Assembly (NCBI GenBank): GCA_964016885.1
Contig: OZ024743.1
Span: forward strand, 197,346,001 to 197,410,000
Reading direction: 5' to 3'
DNA from: Eledone cirrhosa
Lineage: Eukaryota
Length of the DNA stretch: 64,000 nt
The translations under genes and the position numbers were made by a program. The notes under the pieces were generated by a model that saw only the letters and a list, made by a program, of their open reading frames with translations, was not told the DNA's origin and did no database searches. Below are positions 12,332 to 25,645 of the stretch, piece after piece. Position 1 is the first letter of the stretch, and every line of letters begins with the position of its first letter.

Positions 12332-12445
12332 AGGTTGAGTGATGAAAAAGCTGATCTGATTCACAACTGAAAGAACAACTCAGGTTGCAGGTTGAGTGAT
12401 GAAAAAGCTGATCTGATTCACAACTGAAAGAACAACTCAGGCTGC
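12332..12445. repeat. 57-bp tandem duplication
   Basis: AGGTTGAGTGATGAAAAAGCTGATCTGATTCACAACTGAAAGAACAACTCAGG(T/C)TGC x2. Confidence 0.9.
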
Positions 12446-12874
12446 TTAATTGAAATACATTAGTGAAGTTAGCTGAGCTTGCATTTTAAAATTAGTTCAG
12501 GTCTTTGATATTGCTTGAACTAACACTTGCTGAACCATCAATATATTTCCATTACATTAAGTACAATATGTAAATTAGCTCCTCATTAGACAATTAATAG
12601 CTGGATAATCCAGACAAATAAATATGTATTTCTAATCAATAAATATTATGAGAAATTGGAGATGTTAAATAAGACATAAAAATTAAATAAAGAGACTTCT
12701 TTTATTAATCCTTCTGTGACTATATTTCTAATAAAACACACTATTTTCAATTAATTAATCAAGTTTTAAAAGATTGACTAAATTTATTATTTCATTACTA
12801 TGACGGTAATTTCACAAATGGTTCTTATATAAAATTATGCTAGAAGATTTTAATTGAAACAGGAACCCCTTAAA

Positions 12875-13083
12875 ATGTGTGAGTTTTGTTTCATAAAACC
12901 AAAGCTGGTTTGGGCTGGGTTAGTATGAAAAGGGTGAAGATTTTAATGTGAGTTTTATTTCATAAAACCAAAATTGGTTTTGGCAGGGTTAGTATCAAAA
13001 GGATGAAGATTTTAAAGTGTGAGTTTTGTTTAAAACCAAAGCTGGTTTTAGTTTGGTTAGTGTGAAAAGGGTGAAGATTTTAA
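12875..13083. repeat. About 70-bp unit x3 (amplified MITE terminus)
   Basis: GTGAGTTTTGTTTCATAAAACCAAAGCTGGTTT...AAAAGGGTGAAGATTTTAA repeated three times. Single copies of the same end occur at 15.1, 49.4 and 62.7 kb. Confidence 0.75.
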
Positions 13084-13576
13084 GAAAACATATTTAGTAA
13101 AAGACACCTGCCCTTGGATAAAGACATTATCAGAATGGTTACATTACTAAAATGCTCCCAGCTGCCTCTGAGGTTTATGAAAGCTAATTAAACAAATAAG
13201 AACCACATGAGAAATTAATGGTTCAGGTGTTAATAGAAGTTAGGCTGCTAATAGTAAGTAAATATTGTTTTAAGCTTCTTAAATGGTGAAAAGCAAAACA
13301 GATGTCAAAGTTCAAAGTGTTCTCAAGCCAAGGGTCAAAAACTATATTTTAAATAGTTTATGTAGAAAGATTGGTTATATTTAGAGATATTAATACATAA
13401 TAGGGGGGGGGGGGGATATATACACACACACTTACATGCAAATATACACACAATCACAATATATACACACACACACACACACACATATATATGTATAGTC
13501 ATATGTACATACACATAAACACATACGCATAAACACATATATACATACACATAAACACACATATATATATATATAC

Positions 13577-14140
13577 TCTGAAAGCATCTGGAACGGTGGG
13601 ACACACTATGGTCACCCGGATAGTAAACCAAGTTATACAGAATGGGGTCGTACCAAAGGACTGGCGTAGCAGCATCATCATTAACTGCTATAAGGGTAAA
13701 GGAGTTGCCCTAGATAGGGGAAACTATAGAGGCATTAAATTAATTGACCAGGTCATGAAGGTCACAGAAAAAGTAATAGCGCAACTAATCAGAGAGCAAA
13801 TTGATCTAGATGAAATGCAGTTTGGGTTTGTGTCAGGTAAAAGTACCACAGACGCTCTTTTCATTGTACGACAACTACAGGAGAAGTACCTAGCTAAAAG
13901 TAAACCCCTCTACTTAGCTTTTGTAGACCTGGAGAAAGCCTTTGACAGAGTCCCCCGCTCCATTATCTGGTGGGCTCTTAGAAAACTAGGTGTAGATGAA
14001 TGGCTTGTGAGAGCTATACAAGCCATGTATAAAGAAACAGTCAGCAAGGTTAGAATTAACAATGAATATAGTGAAGAGTTTAGCGTAAAAGTTGGTGTTC
14101 ATCAGGGCTGTCCTTAGCCCCCTCCTATTTATTATCGCCA
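13577..14140 (+). mobile_element. RTE LINE RT fragment
   Basis: ORF 13596-14117 with NYRGIKL, QFGF, FVDLEKAFD, GVHQG. Confidence 0.9.
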
Positions 14141-14414
14141 TTGTTTTTACATCCACTTTTCCATGATTGTATGGGCTGGACAACCTATACTGTTACAGTA
14201 TATGCCACTCACAACCATCAAGCCACTAATGTTGATATGAAGACATCTGCAGTGACCGACACATATCCACAGTTTTTAACAACCACCTTCCCTCAGTCAG
14301 AAGCTACAGTAAAAGACACTTGCCCCCCAAAAGTACCAAACAGTTGAACTAAACTTGAAACCACATAGTTCCAAAACAAACTTCTTAACCACACAGCTCT
14401 GCTTGCATATTTAA

Positions 14415-14635
14415 CCCGTTAGCATTTACATTACTCTATATATACTATTGTACTTTCATGGTAAAAACTTTATTTCACATGATTTTCTCACGTAATATCA
14501 TATCTACAAGATTTTGATATTATTTATTTTTAGAACAATACCTTAACATAAGTATGAGCAGCTGTTTACGGTCGGTTTAAACAGATAAAGGTGAGAGAAT
14601 TCTGGCCGGATATGGCTGGTTTAAATGCTAATAGG
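14415..14635. mobile_element. TTAA-flanked (piggyBac-like) MITE
   Basis: TTAA|CCCGTTAGCATTTA...TAAATGCTAATAGG|TTAA. Related to 44447-44687 and 55179-55349. Confidence 0.7.
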
Positions 14636-15874
14636 TTAATAGTCCAACAAATTATAATCGCATCAATCATGGATCATGACTTTCAAAATATTAACTCCTA
14701 AAATGCTGATTGCTAAGACCCTCAATTTAATAGCACACAGAAGAAAATCAAACTGTAGGACTGAGATAGGATTGAACTGCCATTTCATGTATAAGAACTT
14801 AACTCTTTTGTTACCATATTTTTAATGACATTCTTTATTTCAATTAATCAATGAACAATTTGAAGTGATTTACTAAAATTATTAAATGTCATAAATAAGG
14901 TAGTATCTGCAACGTAATTTTACAAAGGGTTCTTATATAAAATTTTGGATGATTTTAAATTTACTAAAATTATTAAATATATCATTAATAAGGTAGTATT
15001 TACCACATAACTTTATAATGGGTTCTTATACAAAATAATGTTGGAAGATTTTAATTTAAATAAGAACCCTTTAAAATGGGCTGTTTTGTTTCATAGAGCT
15101 AAAACTGGTTTTGGCCGGGTTGGTATGAAGATGATTATATTGAGTACTCCAATCTACCATATTTATCATTCTCAAAGATTTACCATTCTTTAAAAGAAAA
15201 AAAAAAGAAAAATGCTTTGAGATTACAAGGTTTCTCTCTTTATTGAATTAAAATGAATACATTCAAATAAAGTAAATGACAAAATAAATACCCATGACAC
15301 ATTAACGAAGCAATATAGTTTTCTAAAAATGCCAAATAGGAGATAAAATTGGTCAGAGAGAAGAAGAATAGTATAGTGTGAACAAATATTACAATTAACA
15401 GACAATGGCGTGTCTTGGAATAAATTGAGATTTCACAAAGAGCCACAAATAACAAATAAGAGAAAGACATAAGCAAATCAGGAAGTAATGGTAATATTCT
15501 ATTTTATGTAAAATTTTGGTGGTTTTTTTGTGTTTTTGTTTATTTGTTTGTTAGTTTTTTTTTCACTTTTATCAATTGCCTTTGAAGTGTATTAATTTAT
15601 TGTGACAGTAAGAGCACATATACATTTATACACACACACACACACATACACATACATACACACATTTTGGACATATATGAATGCTGCATAAATATATATC
15701 TAAATATGTCTGTGTGCGTGTAAATGTATTTGTGGTCTTACTGCCACAATACACATAAACACACATACATAGATACATACATTCATATATTATCTCCATA
15801 AAAGTATATAGAAATAATGTCTCAATTATATATACATTATATAATTGAAACATTATTTTATAGGTGTATGTGTG

Positions 15875-16236
15875 TGTATATATATTATATATATATATAT
15901 ATTATATATATATTATATTATATATATTATATATATATATTATATATATATATTATATATATATATATATTATATATATATTGGATTTTAGTCTTCAATT
16001 TTATTATTACTATTATATATAAGGTTGACTTTGCCTTTCATCCTTACGGGGTCGATAAAATAAAGTACCAGTAATGAACTGGGTTATTGCTGGCCTTGTG
16101 CCTAAAGTAGAAACAATTATATATATATATATTATATATATATTATATATAAATATATATATATATTATATATTATATAATATAATATATTTATTATATA
16201 TATATATAATAAATATATATATATATATATATACAA

Positions 16237-16286
<50 letters not shown>

Positions 16287-16297
16287 TATATATATAT

Positions 16298-16372
<75 letters not shown>
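15875..16372. repeat. (TA)n tract with embedded S2 SINE fragment (16020-16118)
   Basis: Directly visible. Confidence 0.85.
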
Positions 16373-16379
16373 CACACTT

Positions 16380-16842
16380 ACACTTCTCCAAGACAATGTC
16401 ACTGGACCGAGATCTTTGGCGCTACACACTAATACAGAAGACCCGCCTTACCTAAGTACAAAGTGAGACCTAATACAGTCAGTAGGCACCTCTAACAAAA
16501 ATACACCCCCGTCCCACTACCCCCACCCCATCCACACCACCCCTTTTCAATGTAAAGTTATGTTGGTACCACAACATCCAGTCCGAAACAAATGAGGTCG
16601 TCTAGGTGACACAACAAAAAAACACACAGTCCATGCTGTAATGTGGCCGTGTAGGTAACACGGTAAAAACCTCCCAGTCCACATTCTAAACGTGGTTGGA
16701 GTTAGGAAGGGCATCCAGCCGTAGAAAACCCGCCAGACAGTCCTATGCGAGCAAGACAACCACTCTTGCCTCAAGTGGGAAAACTCCCGCCCAAACCCAT
16801 GCAAGCGTGGAAGATGGACGTTAAACGATGATGATGATGATG

Positions 16843-16845
<3 letters not shown>
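16380..16845 (+). mobile_element. RTE subfamily B 3' end
   Basis: Last codons of the ORF ([12 protein letters not shown]) plus 3' UTR and (GAT)n tail. Confidence 0.85.
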
Positions 16846-16873
<28 letters not shown>

Positions 16874-16976
16874 CTATATATATATATATAATATCTATAT
16901 ATTTATATATATATATATATACATACATATAGTGACGAAACATAAGTCAATTGCATGAACTCATAATCCTTTATTT

Positions 16977-17032
16977 ACTGCTATATATATTTCGATGATA
17001 GCCATTGAATGGCTATGAGCTCATCAGGCAGT
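16977..17032 (-). ncRNA. Type I hammerhead ribozyme in a 165-bp insert (16931-17094)
   Basis: Minus: ACTGC-CTGATGA-GCTC ATAGCCA TTCAA TGGCTAT CATC-GAAA-T ATAT A-TA|GCAGT. Perfect 5-bp stem I, 7-bp stem II hairpin, palindromic minimal stem III. Confidence 0.8.
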
Positions 17033-17304
17033 TAGTCAGTTCTTAGATATGCCAGTTCTGTGTTTATAGTGTTGATGGTATCAGAGCCTTGGGACATATA
17101 TATATATATATAATATATATATATATAATATATATATTATATATATATATATAATATATATATATAATATATATATATATATAATATATATATATATATT
17201 ATATTATATATATATATATAATATATATATATATATTATATATATATATATAATATATATATATTATATATATATATTATATGTATATAATATATATATA
17301 TATA

Positions 17305-17613
17305 ATATACGATATTAATAAATGGAAACTATATTTATAAAACCATATTTATTTCATTATACATATTTCAGGGATACCACATTAAATTATGGTATGCCTT
17401 CATCAGACAAAATACAATATATAACAGTTTTACAAATAGGTTTAAAGTAATGGTTGTATTTTAAAGGGTACGTCAAACCTATTTGTAAAACTGTTATATA
17501 TTGTATTTTGTCTGATGAAGGCATACCATAATTTAATGTGGTATCCCTGAAATATGTATAATGAAATAAATATGGTTTTATAAATATAGTTTCCATTTAT
17601 TAATATCGTATAT
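17305..17613. repeat. 139-bp inverted repeat (31-bp spacer) of a Penelope-like pLTR
   Basis: Arms 17305-17443 and 17475-17613 read as reverse complements with no mismatch I could see. Confidence 0.95.
17504..17568 (+). ncRNA. Type I hammerhead ribozyme (mirror copy on minus strand at 17350-17414)
   Basis: TATTTTGT-CTGATGA-AGG C ATACCATA ATTTAA TGTGGTAT C CCT-GAAA-T ATGT A-TA|ATGAAATA. Confidence 0.82.
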
Positions 17614-17794
17614 CTACTCCAAAAATTTGTCAAGTGCTTTATATCAATTATAAAAATATTTACTTGTTGTATCCCAACAACTTTAAATAGAACTTTTGCA
17701 TATATATAATATATATATATATATTATATATATATAATATATATATTATATATATATTATATATATTATATAATATATATTTTATATATATTAT

Positions 17795-18135
17795 GGAGGC
17801 ACATGGCTTAGTGGTTAGAGCATTGGGCTTGCAATCGAAAGGTTGTGAGTTCAATTCTCAGACCGGGTGATGTGTTGTTTCCTTGAGCAAGACACTTTAT
17901 TTCACATTGCTCCAGTTTACTCAGCTGTAGAAATGAGATGATAGGGACTGGGGTCCAAATCATTCCACTGCAAAGTGGTCGTGTAGGTGCCACGTCAAAA
18001 AAGCACCCAGCACTCACTGTAAATGAGGTTGGTGTTAGGAAGGGCATCCAGCTGTAGAAATCAAGCCAGAATCAGTTCCCGTCCCACCCTTGCAAGCAGG
18101 GAAAAAGTGGACGTAAAAATGAAATGAAATGAAAA
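17795..18135 (+). mobile_element. SINE S1
   Basis: A/B boxes and RTE-like tail, as for 235-620. Confidence 0.88.
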
Positions 18136-18149
18136 ATGATATATTATAT

Positions 18150-18640
18150 ATCATCATCATCATCATCAACGTTTAACGTCCGTGTTCCACGCTTGCATGG
18201 GTTTGGACGGGGGTTTTCCCACTTGAGGCAAGAGTGATTGTCTTGCTCGCATAGGACTGTCTGGCGGGTTTTCTACAGCTGGATGCCCTTCCTAACACCA
18301 ACCACATTTACAGTGTGGGGCTGGGAGGTTTTTACCGTGTTGCCTACACGGCCACATTACAGCGTGGACTGTCTGGCGGGTTTTCTACAGCTGGATGCCC
18401 TTCCTAACACCAACCACATTTACAGTGTGGGGCTGGGAGGTTTTTACCGTGTTGCCTACACGGCCACATTACAGCGTGGACTGTGTGTTTTTTTTGTCGT
18501 GACACCTACACGATCTCATTTGTTTCGGCCTGGATGTTGTGGCACCAACATAACTTTACATTGAAAGGGGTGGTGTGGATGGGGTGGGGGTGGTGGGACG
18601 GTGGTGTATTTTGTTAGAGATGCCTACTGACTGTAGTAGG
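18150..18640 (-). mobile_element. RTE subfamily B 3' UTR with internal duplication of about 110 bp
   Basis: Segment GGACTGTCTGGCGGG...CAGCGT is present twice. Confidence 0.85.
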
Positions 18641-18692
18641 TTATATATATATATATGTATATATTATATATATGGTTATATATATATATGGT

Positions 18693-18723
<31 letters not shown>

Positions 18724-18731
18724 GTATATAT

Positions 18732-18763
<32 letters not shown>

Positions 18764-18774
18764 ATATATATATT

Positions 18775-19800
18775 ATCATCATCATCATCATCATCATCAA
18801 CGTTTAACGTCCGTGTTCCACGCTTGCATGGGTTTGGACGGGGGTAGTCCCACTTGAGGCAAGAGTGATTGTCTTGCTCGCATAGGACTGTCTGGCAGGT
18901 CTTCTACAGTTGGATGCCCTTCCTAACACCAACCACATTTACAGTGTGGGTCTGGGAGGTTTTTACCGTGTTGCCTACACGGCCACATTACAGCGTGGAC
19001 TGTGTGTTTTTTTGTCGTGACACCTACACGATCTCATTTGTTTCGGCCCGGATGGCGCGGCACCAACATAACTTTACATAGGACGGGGTGGTGTGGATGG
19101 GGTGGGGGTGGTGGTGGTGGGACGGGGTGTATTTTGTTAGAGATGCCTACTGGCAAGGCGGGTCTTCTCTGTTACTGAGTACCGCCAAAGGTCTCGGTCC
19201 AGTGACATTGTCTTGGAGAGGTGTAAGTGTGTGAGGTCGGAGTTTATCAGCTCGTCCCAGGTTTTTCTAGGTCTGCCTATTCCGTGGCTACCGTCTATCT
19301 TTATTGCCCTGCACTTTGTTATACAGCTATCGACTTTCATGCGCATCACGTGTCCATACCAACGTAGCCTTCTCTCGAGTAAACAACATCTGATCCCTCT
19401 TATCTCTAATTTTTTCCTTAGTTCGTTTATGCTTTGCCGTTCACGTATATTACTGTTACACATCCAGCGGAGCATGCAAGCTTCGTTCCTCTCTAGTCTG
19501 CGTATATCCTCTGCACACAAAGCCCAGGTCTCACTGCCATGCAACATTGCTGTTCGTATGCAGGCATCGTACAACCTGCCTTTCATTTTTAGGGAGAACC
19601 CTTTAGCAGCTAATAGTGGTATAAGCTCTCTGAACTTTTTCCAACCAGTTCTGACTCTAGCTACAGTACTTTCAGAGCACCCTCCCCCACTGCTGATTTT
19701 ATCGCCCAGGTAACGGAAGCTGTCCACTATTTCTATAGAACCCTCTGCGCAATTGAAAGAGCTAGTATTGTGTGGGCACTTGCTGCTACTTATTGCACCA
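18775..19800 (-). mobile_element. RTE subfamily B, 5'-truncated
   Basis: ORF 19137-19727 (F.YLG, HGSETW, RLRWYGHVMR, GRP.KTW) plus 3' UTR. Confidence 0.92.
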
Positions 19801-19844
19801 TATTATATATATATAAATATATATATATTATATATATATATATT

Positions 19845-19889
<45 letters not shown>

Positions 19890-20180
19890 ATATATATGAA
19901 GACGGCATATATATGTGTTTGGTATGTATATTTAATTTTGATAGTTTGTATAATTTTGTATAATTTTGTACATAGATCTGTTAAATATGCATGCCAATTC
20001 TAACACATATATATCCTAGAAACGATCGTTAAATAATGAACTTTTTTTGTTTAATATAAGGAACTGTTTCATTGTTTTATTCATTATTTTTTTAATATTT
20101 TATATTATATATATATATATATATAATATATATATTATATATATATTATATATATATATATATATAATATATATATTATA

Positions 20181-20219
<39 letters not shown>

Positions 20220-20232
20220 TACACACACACAG

Positions 20233-20273
<41 letters not shown>

Positions 20274-21083
20274 ATAAAACTTATTTAATAAGATTTACAG
20301 TATCTTCATATTCTCCAATATATATCAAAATTCTGTTTGCTATTAACATACTAGACAGCTACACCAAAAAGATTGTCTCAAAGAAATAGATGAGCTACTA
20401 GGGAAGAGTGAAGGCACCCCAAAGCAGGGAAAATATGCAGTGATGTGTGGAAGATCATGGAAGGTATATAACCAACTTTTGGAATTGATAGCTATGTAAA
20501 TCCTCCAAATCCCTAAACAAAAGGCAAAGTTGACAGTGGTGGAATTAGAACTCAGAATATAATGAGCTGGAATAAATTCCACAAAGGATTTTCTTTGACA
20601 CTAACAATTCTGTGAATACAATACTACTGAAACTAGCTGAATTATAAAAGACCAACAAAACAAATAGATTTTTTTTCTCAGACCATGCCCTATGAAAAAA
20701 CTAGTTTGCAAAGATTCTTAACTCAATGTCCTGCACCATATGAAACCATATAAAGACATTCTTGATTACATCACATTATTTAAAATTTCAAGCCTTGTAC
20801 TTTAGTTTCCTGCAAATTTTCATGACTATTTATCCACCAGTAAAGATACTATAAACATTTGAACTAACAAACATATTTTTAGATATTTGCAGCTAAATCC
20901 TTATTGTATGTTAAGAGCTAAAACAATGTTGAAAAATATGATCCATTCTGGTAATTATTACTTAACTAAAGTTAGCTAACCACTACTAAAATCAGATTTA
21001 ATTTATATACATACATAAATATGCATATATATATATATATTAATTCAAAATATTAACAAAATAGATATTCTTGTGATCAAGTA

Positions 21084-21150
21084 TATTTTATTATACATAT
21101 TTCAGAGGTACAGAGTTAACTTCAACAGTACGTCCTCATCAGATAAAATA
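21084..21150 (-). ncRNA. Hammerhead ribozyme in 3' pLTR
   Basis: TATTTTAT-CTGATGA-GGACGTACTG...CTGTACCTCT-GAAA-TATGTA-TA|ATAAAATA; 8-bp perfect stem I. Confidence 0.82.
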
Positions 21151-21831
21151 AGATGATGCATAACATACCCTGACATAGTAGATGGTTAAGATTCAGTCAT
21201 GGTAGTGAGTAATATATGACAAAACTCAATATTTATATACCTTAATATTGAAACATGGAAAAAAACTACATATAATACATATAATAGAGAGGGTGCATGT
21301 GACAAAGCTTAAAAAATACATGGCAGCAATATAATGGTTAAAGATTCAAATAATTTAAATTACTGAAGAAAGAGGAAAGAAAAGAAAGGCATAGAGAAAG
21401 AAACAGATGAGGGGATAATATAGCTAGTAGGATCCTAGAAAGCAAAAGAGAGTTGATTACAGAGAGAGAGAGATAAAGAGGAATAATTTTTATAGTGTAA
21501 TATATAGGGAGATAATAATTAGAACAACATTTGGGCTTAGCTTTAGGAAAAAGGAAAAAAAACTAAATTATTTATATTATATTGAAAATAGTTTATATTA
21601 TATAATTTAGAAAATAATTACAGTTATAATTTTTAAAGAATTTTAAGAATAACAATTTGAATGCCTAAAGGATCAACAGGCCTTATAATTAAACTTAAAA
21701 AAGTTTATCATTAAATTATATATATGCGTTTAATAAAAAAAATACACAAAGAATATATTGTCTAAAGACTTAAGATGATACCTCTCAATTAGACATAACA
21801 TAATACAATACAATAAATAAGTTACTGATAC

Positions 21832-22172
21832 TGTACCCGACCTCCCATGGGTACATGCTGAAGCATATAAACAATATGCCCCCCCCCCCCCCTCCACCGC
21901 AAGGTGGTCGTGGAGGTGCCACGGCAAAAAAGCACCCAGCCCACACTGTAAAGTGGACGTGTAGGCGCCACGAAAAAGCACCCAGCACTCACTGTAAATG
22001 AGGTTGGTGTTAGGAAGGGCATCCAGCTGTAGAAATCAAGCCAGATCAGTTCCTGTATGAGCAAGGCATGGTCAGCCGACCAGACACTGCCCACAACAGG
22101 ACAACCCGTCTAACCCATGCTAGCGTGGAAGAACGGACGTAAAACGGTGATGATGATGATGATGATGATGAC
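21832..22172 (+). mobile_element. RTE subfamily A 3' UTR inserted in the Penelope-like element
   Basis: Matches 4328-4660. Confidence 0.88.
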
Positions 22173-23163
22173 TGATAATATTGTTAAAATTAATGTTTTA
22201 GATCAATTATTATAATAGGATCATTTAATAAATATATACTATAAATATACAAGTCAAAACTTCATGAGTCCTAAGGATAAGGACTAGATTCAAAATAAAA
22301 GTGCCCAATATAAAAAAATATAGTTTAAAATGCAAGAGAGTTTTTTTTAATTTATATAGTAGACTAACACTTCTAAAGTGTCCACAAAGATGATAGAAAG
22401 AGGAGCTAAGGATTTCAATGACCCGAAGGTAACCCGAATTTAATTAAAATAAATTAAATTAAATTAAGTAATGATCGTTATATAATTTATAACATTAAGA
22501 AAATATGTAACAATTATATAACAATAGAGAGTCATTTGAGTATCCAAATTACTTATAAACGTAACTAGGAGCATGTTATTATACTAGATAAACAAATTTG
22601 TTCAAATATATAGAGAGAGTATTATAGGTATTAGTGAAACGATATACATATAATAAATAAATAATTACAATCATTATTAGTAATGTTATAATTGTAGTTT
22701 TACATCCAGTTCAGTGGAAAGAGAGACCAATATTTGTCGACTAGTATGATTTGTGACATTTATACCTAGATATATATAAAAATATATATGTACAAATCTA
22801 ACTTTCTGAATCCTAAAATATACTCAAAATGAGTAAAATATATAAATGCATGAATGATTTATGGTTCAATTATAACCGGTAATCTTAAAAGTTATATATC
22901 CAAATTATATATTTAAAACAAAAACAAATATATAAGGATCCCAATCTAAATTATATATATCTAAAATAATCCAAAGGTGTGCATATTCATCAAGAGAACA
23001 AGTTATCAAATAATATGTTTATATACCTAAACAGGACCCTTCAGTCTAACAATAATTCTATCATAAATGAATGGAAAATAAAACATTATTAAAGTTTTAT
23101 AATCTGTTATAACGTTTTAGGTACACAGTTGATAAGAGATGTCAAAAATTAAAACCTGTTTAT

Positions 23164-25645
23164 TTAGTGTTTTTTCCTGACTTTTTGCGAGGCTTGGAAT
23201 GTAGACAAAGCTTTATGAAGGCAGTTTGAGAATAATTCACTTTTTTTGTTAATTAAGTTTTCATAATTATTAATTATTAATAGGGTCTCCATAGTACAGA
23301 GGTTGCAGTTAGGTGATATTGACGAATTCAAGTAAATTCTACTATTACATAGCTTCGTCCAAAAAATCGAGTATTTTAAATTTTTGTCTTTTAATGACCA
23401 TATAAGTTGTGATAAAGAAGTCGAAGACTTCCTAATAGGATTCGAAAAAGAGCATTTATGATTCCCAAATCTCGATTTAAATGTCGAAGAAGTTGCCCCT
23501 ATATAGTTGTATGTGATGTTATTTGCTTTTACGGTGCATTTATACACCAAATTTCTATCCAGACAATTATTTTGCAGAGGGCAATCTGGTTTATTTCTAC
23601 AATTACATTTCGATTTATTATTATTATAATTTATATTAACACTATTATTACTTCGAAATGTTCTATTGATAGTGCTTATATTGCTGTTAATGTTATTCAT
23701 AGTATCAATATTGTTAAGTGTTATTATATTCATTATTGTTAAATGTATGCTGATTCTGGTTTAGAATTCTACTATTTAATTTAGCGATGTTTTGGGCCAT
23801 ATTCATAGTTGTAGAATAAGAAAGCTTAATTGTGTGTCTATTAAATATGGAACGGTATTTATGTTGAATAGGGAAGGAATTATCTAAAGCTTTAAACAAT
23901 AGATTAGCAAGTGGTGTTTTTATTGCTACAGAAGCAGGGAGGGGGGGGGGGGGGGGCAAACCATATAACTGATTTAGTTCTGTTTTTTTTCCCCGATTTA
24001 TTCACAGTACTGGTGTTTGAATTATAATTTTTAGAATTTCGTTTATACATGTCAGCCATATTATTATTTGATCTGAGTTCAAATCCCACCGAGGTTAACT
24101 TTGCCTTTCATCCTTACAGGGTCGATAAAATAAAGTACCAGTAATGTGCTGGGTAATTGCTGGCCTTGTGCCTAAAGTAGAAACAATTATTATTTTTAGC
24201 AGTTAATTAAAATTAAAATTATTATTGTCTATATATTCTATATTATTTTTATAACCTGCCTTTCTTAGCGCATCATTGTAATATCCTGCTTTTTCATCAA
24301 ATATGGATTTGTTAGTAGATATTCTAGTTATGCGTTTCTGTACACTATTGACAATTGCATTTTCCATAGATTTAGGGTGATTAGAGTAATAACTAACGTA
24401 ATTTAAGTTTTCATTGGGCTTATGGAAAGGGTAATAAAAACCAGAGTTTAAGTTAAGGGTAACATCAATGAAATTAACTATTTTGGTACCACTTTCAACC
24501 TCTAATTTAAGGTCGTAATTTTTAAAGAATTCAATTATATTTTTCTTAACCCTATTTAGTTCTGTATTGCTGTGTTTGACAATCGTAAATAAAATATCGT
24601 CCCTATATAAACCACCGGTAATCTCCGGCAGTTTTCTATTTACCATATTTAAGATGAAAATCCCCAGAAGATCCGTGACTTGCGTTGAGTCCGATGATCC
24701 CATGGTAATGTCAAAGTTTCTATTTCTATCTGAGCGGGTCCAATACTCATTGTTGAAATTAATTAGAGTTCTTCTAGCAGTTAATATTATATCGATTTCA
24801 TCCGTAGTTAGATCTGTATGCTTGTAAGCGTAGGATAAAGCCTTATTTAATAGGTTGGGTGTAATGGAAGAGTAATAGCTTGCTATGTCCATTTGGATGA
24901 ATTTGTGGTTTTTCTTATCATCTATATTTTTAAACCAATCAATCACTTCATTGGTGTCCTTCCATAAGCTCAATTTAGACCTCAATTTCAGAATAGGTAG
25001 AATTCGATCAATATTCTTACTGATTACTCCAATATCCGATTTGGATGGAGCAATCAGTCTAACTGGCAGGTCTTCCTCAAAGTTTCTTTTGTGATCCTTA
25101 AAATTTATCCTCGGCTGTCTAGGTATAAAAGGCTCGGTTCTTCCTTCAATTCCAAATTTTGCTATTAATTTATATGCATCATTATTGATGTCTGTAAGAT
25201 CTTCGGCCGGGGCTTTTCTATAATTGTTCCTTAGTTATTTTAAAATCAAATCATTATATTCATCTTTATTTATCCCATATAAATTATTGGTTTTGTCAGA
25301 TTTCACCAATATTTTATTAACTTTTTTTATATCCAAGATTTTTTCTTTTAGAATTCTAAGGTATTGGTGACCTTTATATGGGTTTTTCCCGAATTTAATT
25401 TTCTTAAGTATTTTGAGCATTTCAGTTTCAAAATCCTCCAGGAGTTTGTTGTATGGAGGATTTTTTTCTGGATTTAAAGATAGTTTCGAAATAATTGCTG
25501 TTGGTTTTTCTTTTAGCTTCTTTATTATCGAAATGAAATGCGCGCCATCTCACTCTTCTTATAAAAGAGTTTGTTTCCTCATGTATTCTTCATTAGATTG
25601 TATAGGTATATCCTTGAGAGATGTCGTGAAGGTAAAGAATTCCAT
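23164..25645 (-). pseudogene. Penelope-like (Naiad-type) RT / GIY-YIG endonuclease ORF, disrupted
   Basis: N-terminal SLKDIPI..RVRWRAF; KSDKTNN; KDHK..RLI.PSKS; RT motifs FIQMDIASYYSSI, ITMGS, GLYRDD; thumb VNFIDVTLNL; C-terminal CNC..CP...C, VY..YIG, R...H, CNLC..E. Stop at 25235, frameshifts and a SINE insertion. Confidence 0.88.
24059..24192 (+). mobile_element. S2 SINE fragment inserted in the Penelope ORF
   Basis: GAGTTCAAATCCC...TTGCCTTTCATCC...GTACCAG; flanking TATTATTT duplication. Confidence 0.8.

Noticed and set aside
12332-12445. C/D-box snoRNA pair (GTGATGA...CTGA)
   Set aside because: Box spacing is too short, there is no terminal stem, and it is explained by a local duplication at the end of a dispersed repeat.
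17795-17870. tRNA gene (also at 39.4, 41.9 and 42.9 kb)
   Set aside because: A/B boxes are present but there is no proper acceptor stem, and each continues into the SINE body.
18565-18605. G-quadruplex-like GGGGTGG runs as a distinct regulatory feature
   Set aside because: Part of every RTE-B 3' UTR copy (antisense strand), not locus-specific.
20015-20040. Hammerhead half GAAACGATCGTT
   Set aside because: Palindromic stem III only; no CTGANGA, stem II or stem I, so too little to call.
23164-23733. Selenoprotein-type Naiad (in-frame UGA at Cys positions)
   Set aside because: Both GIY-YIG regions are open without UGA, and the visible premature stop at 25235 is TAA. No SECIS search could be run.
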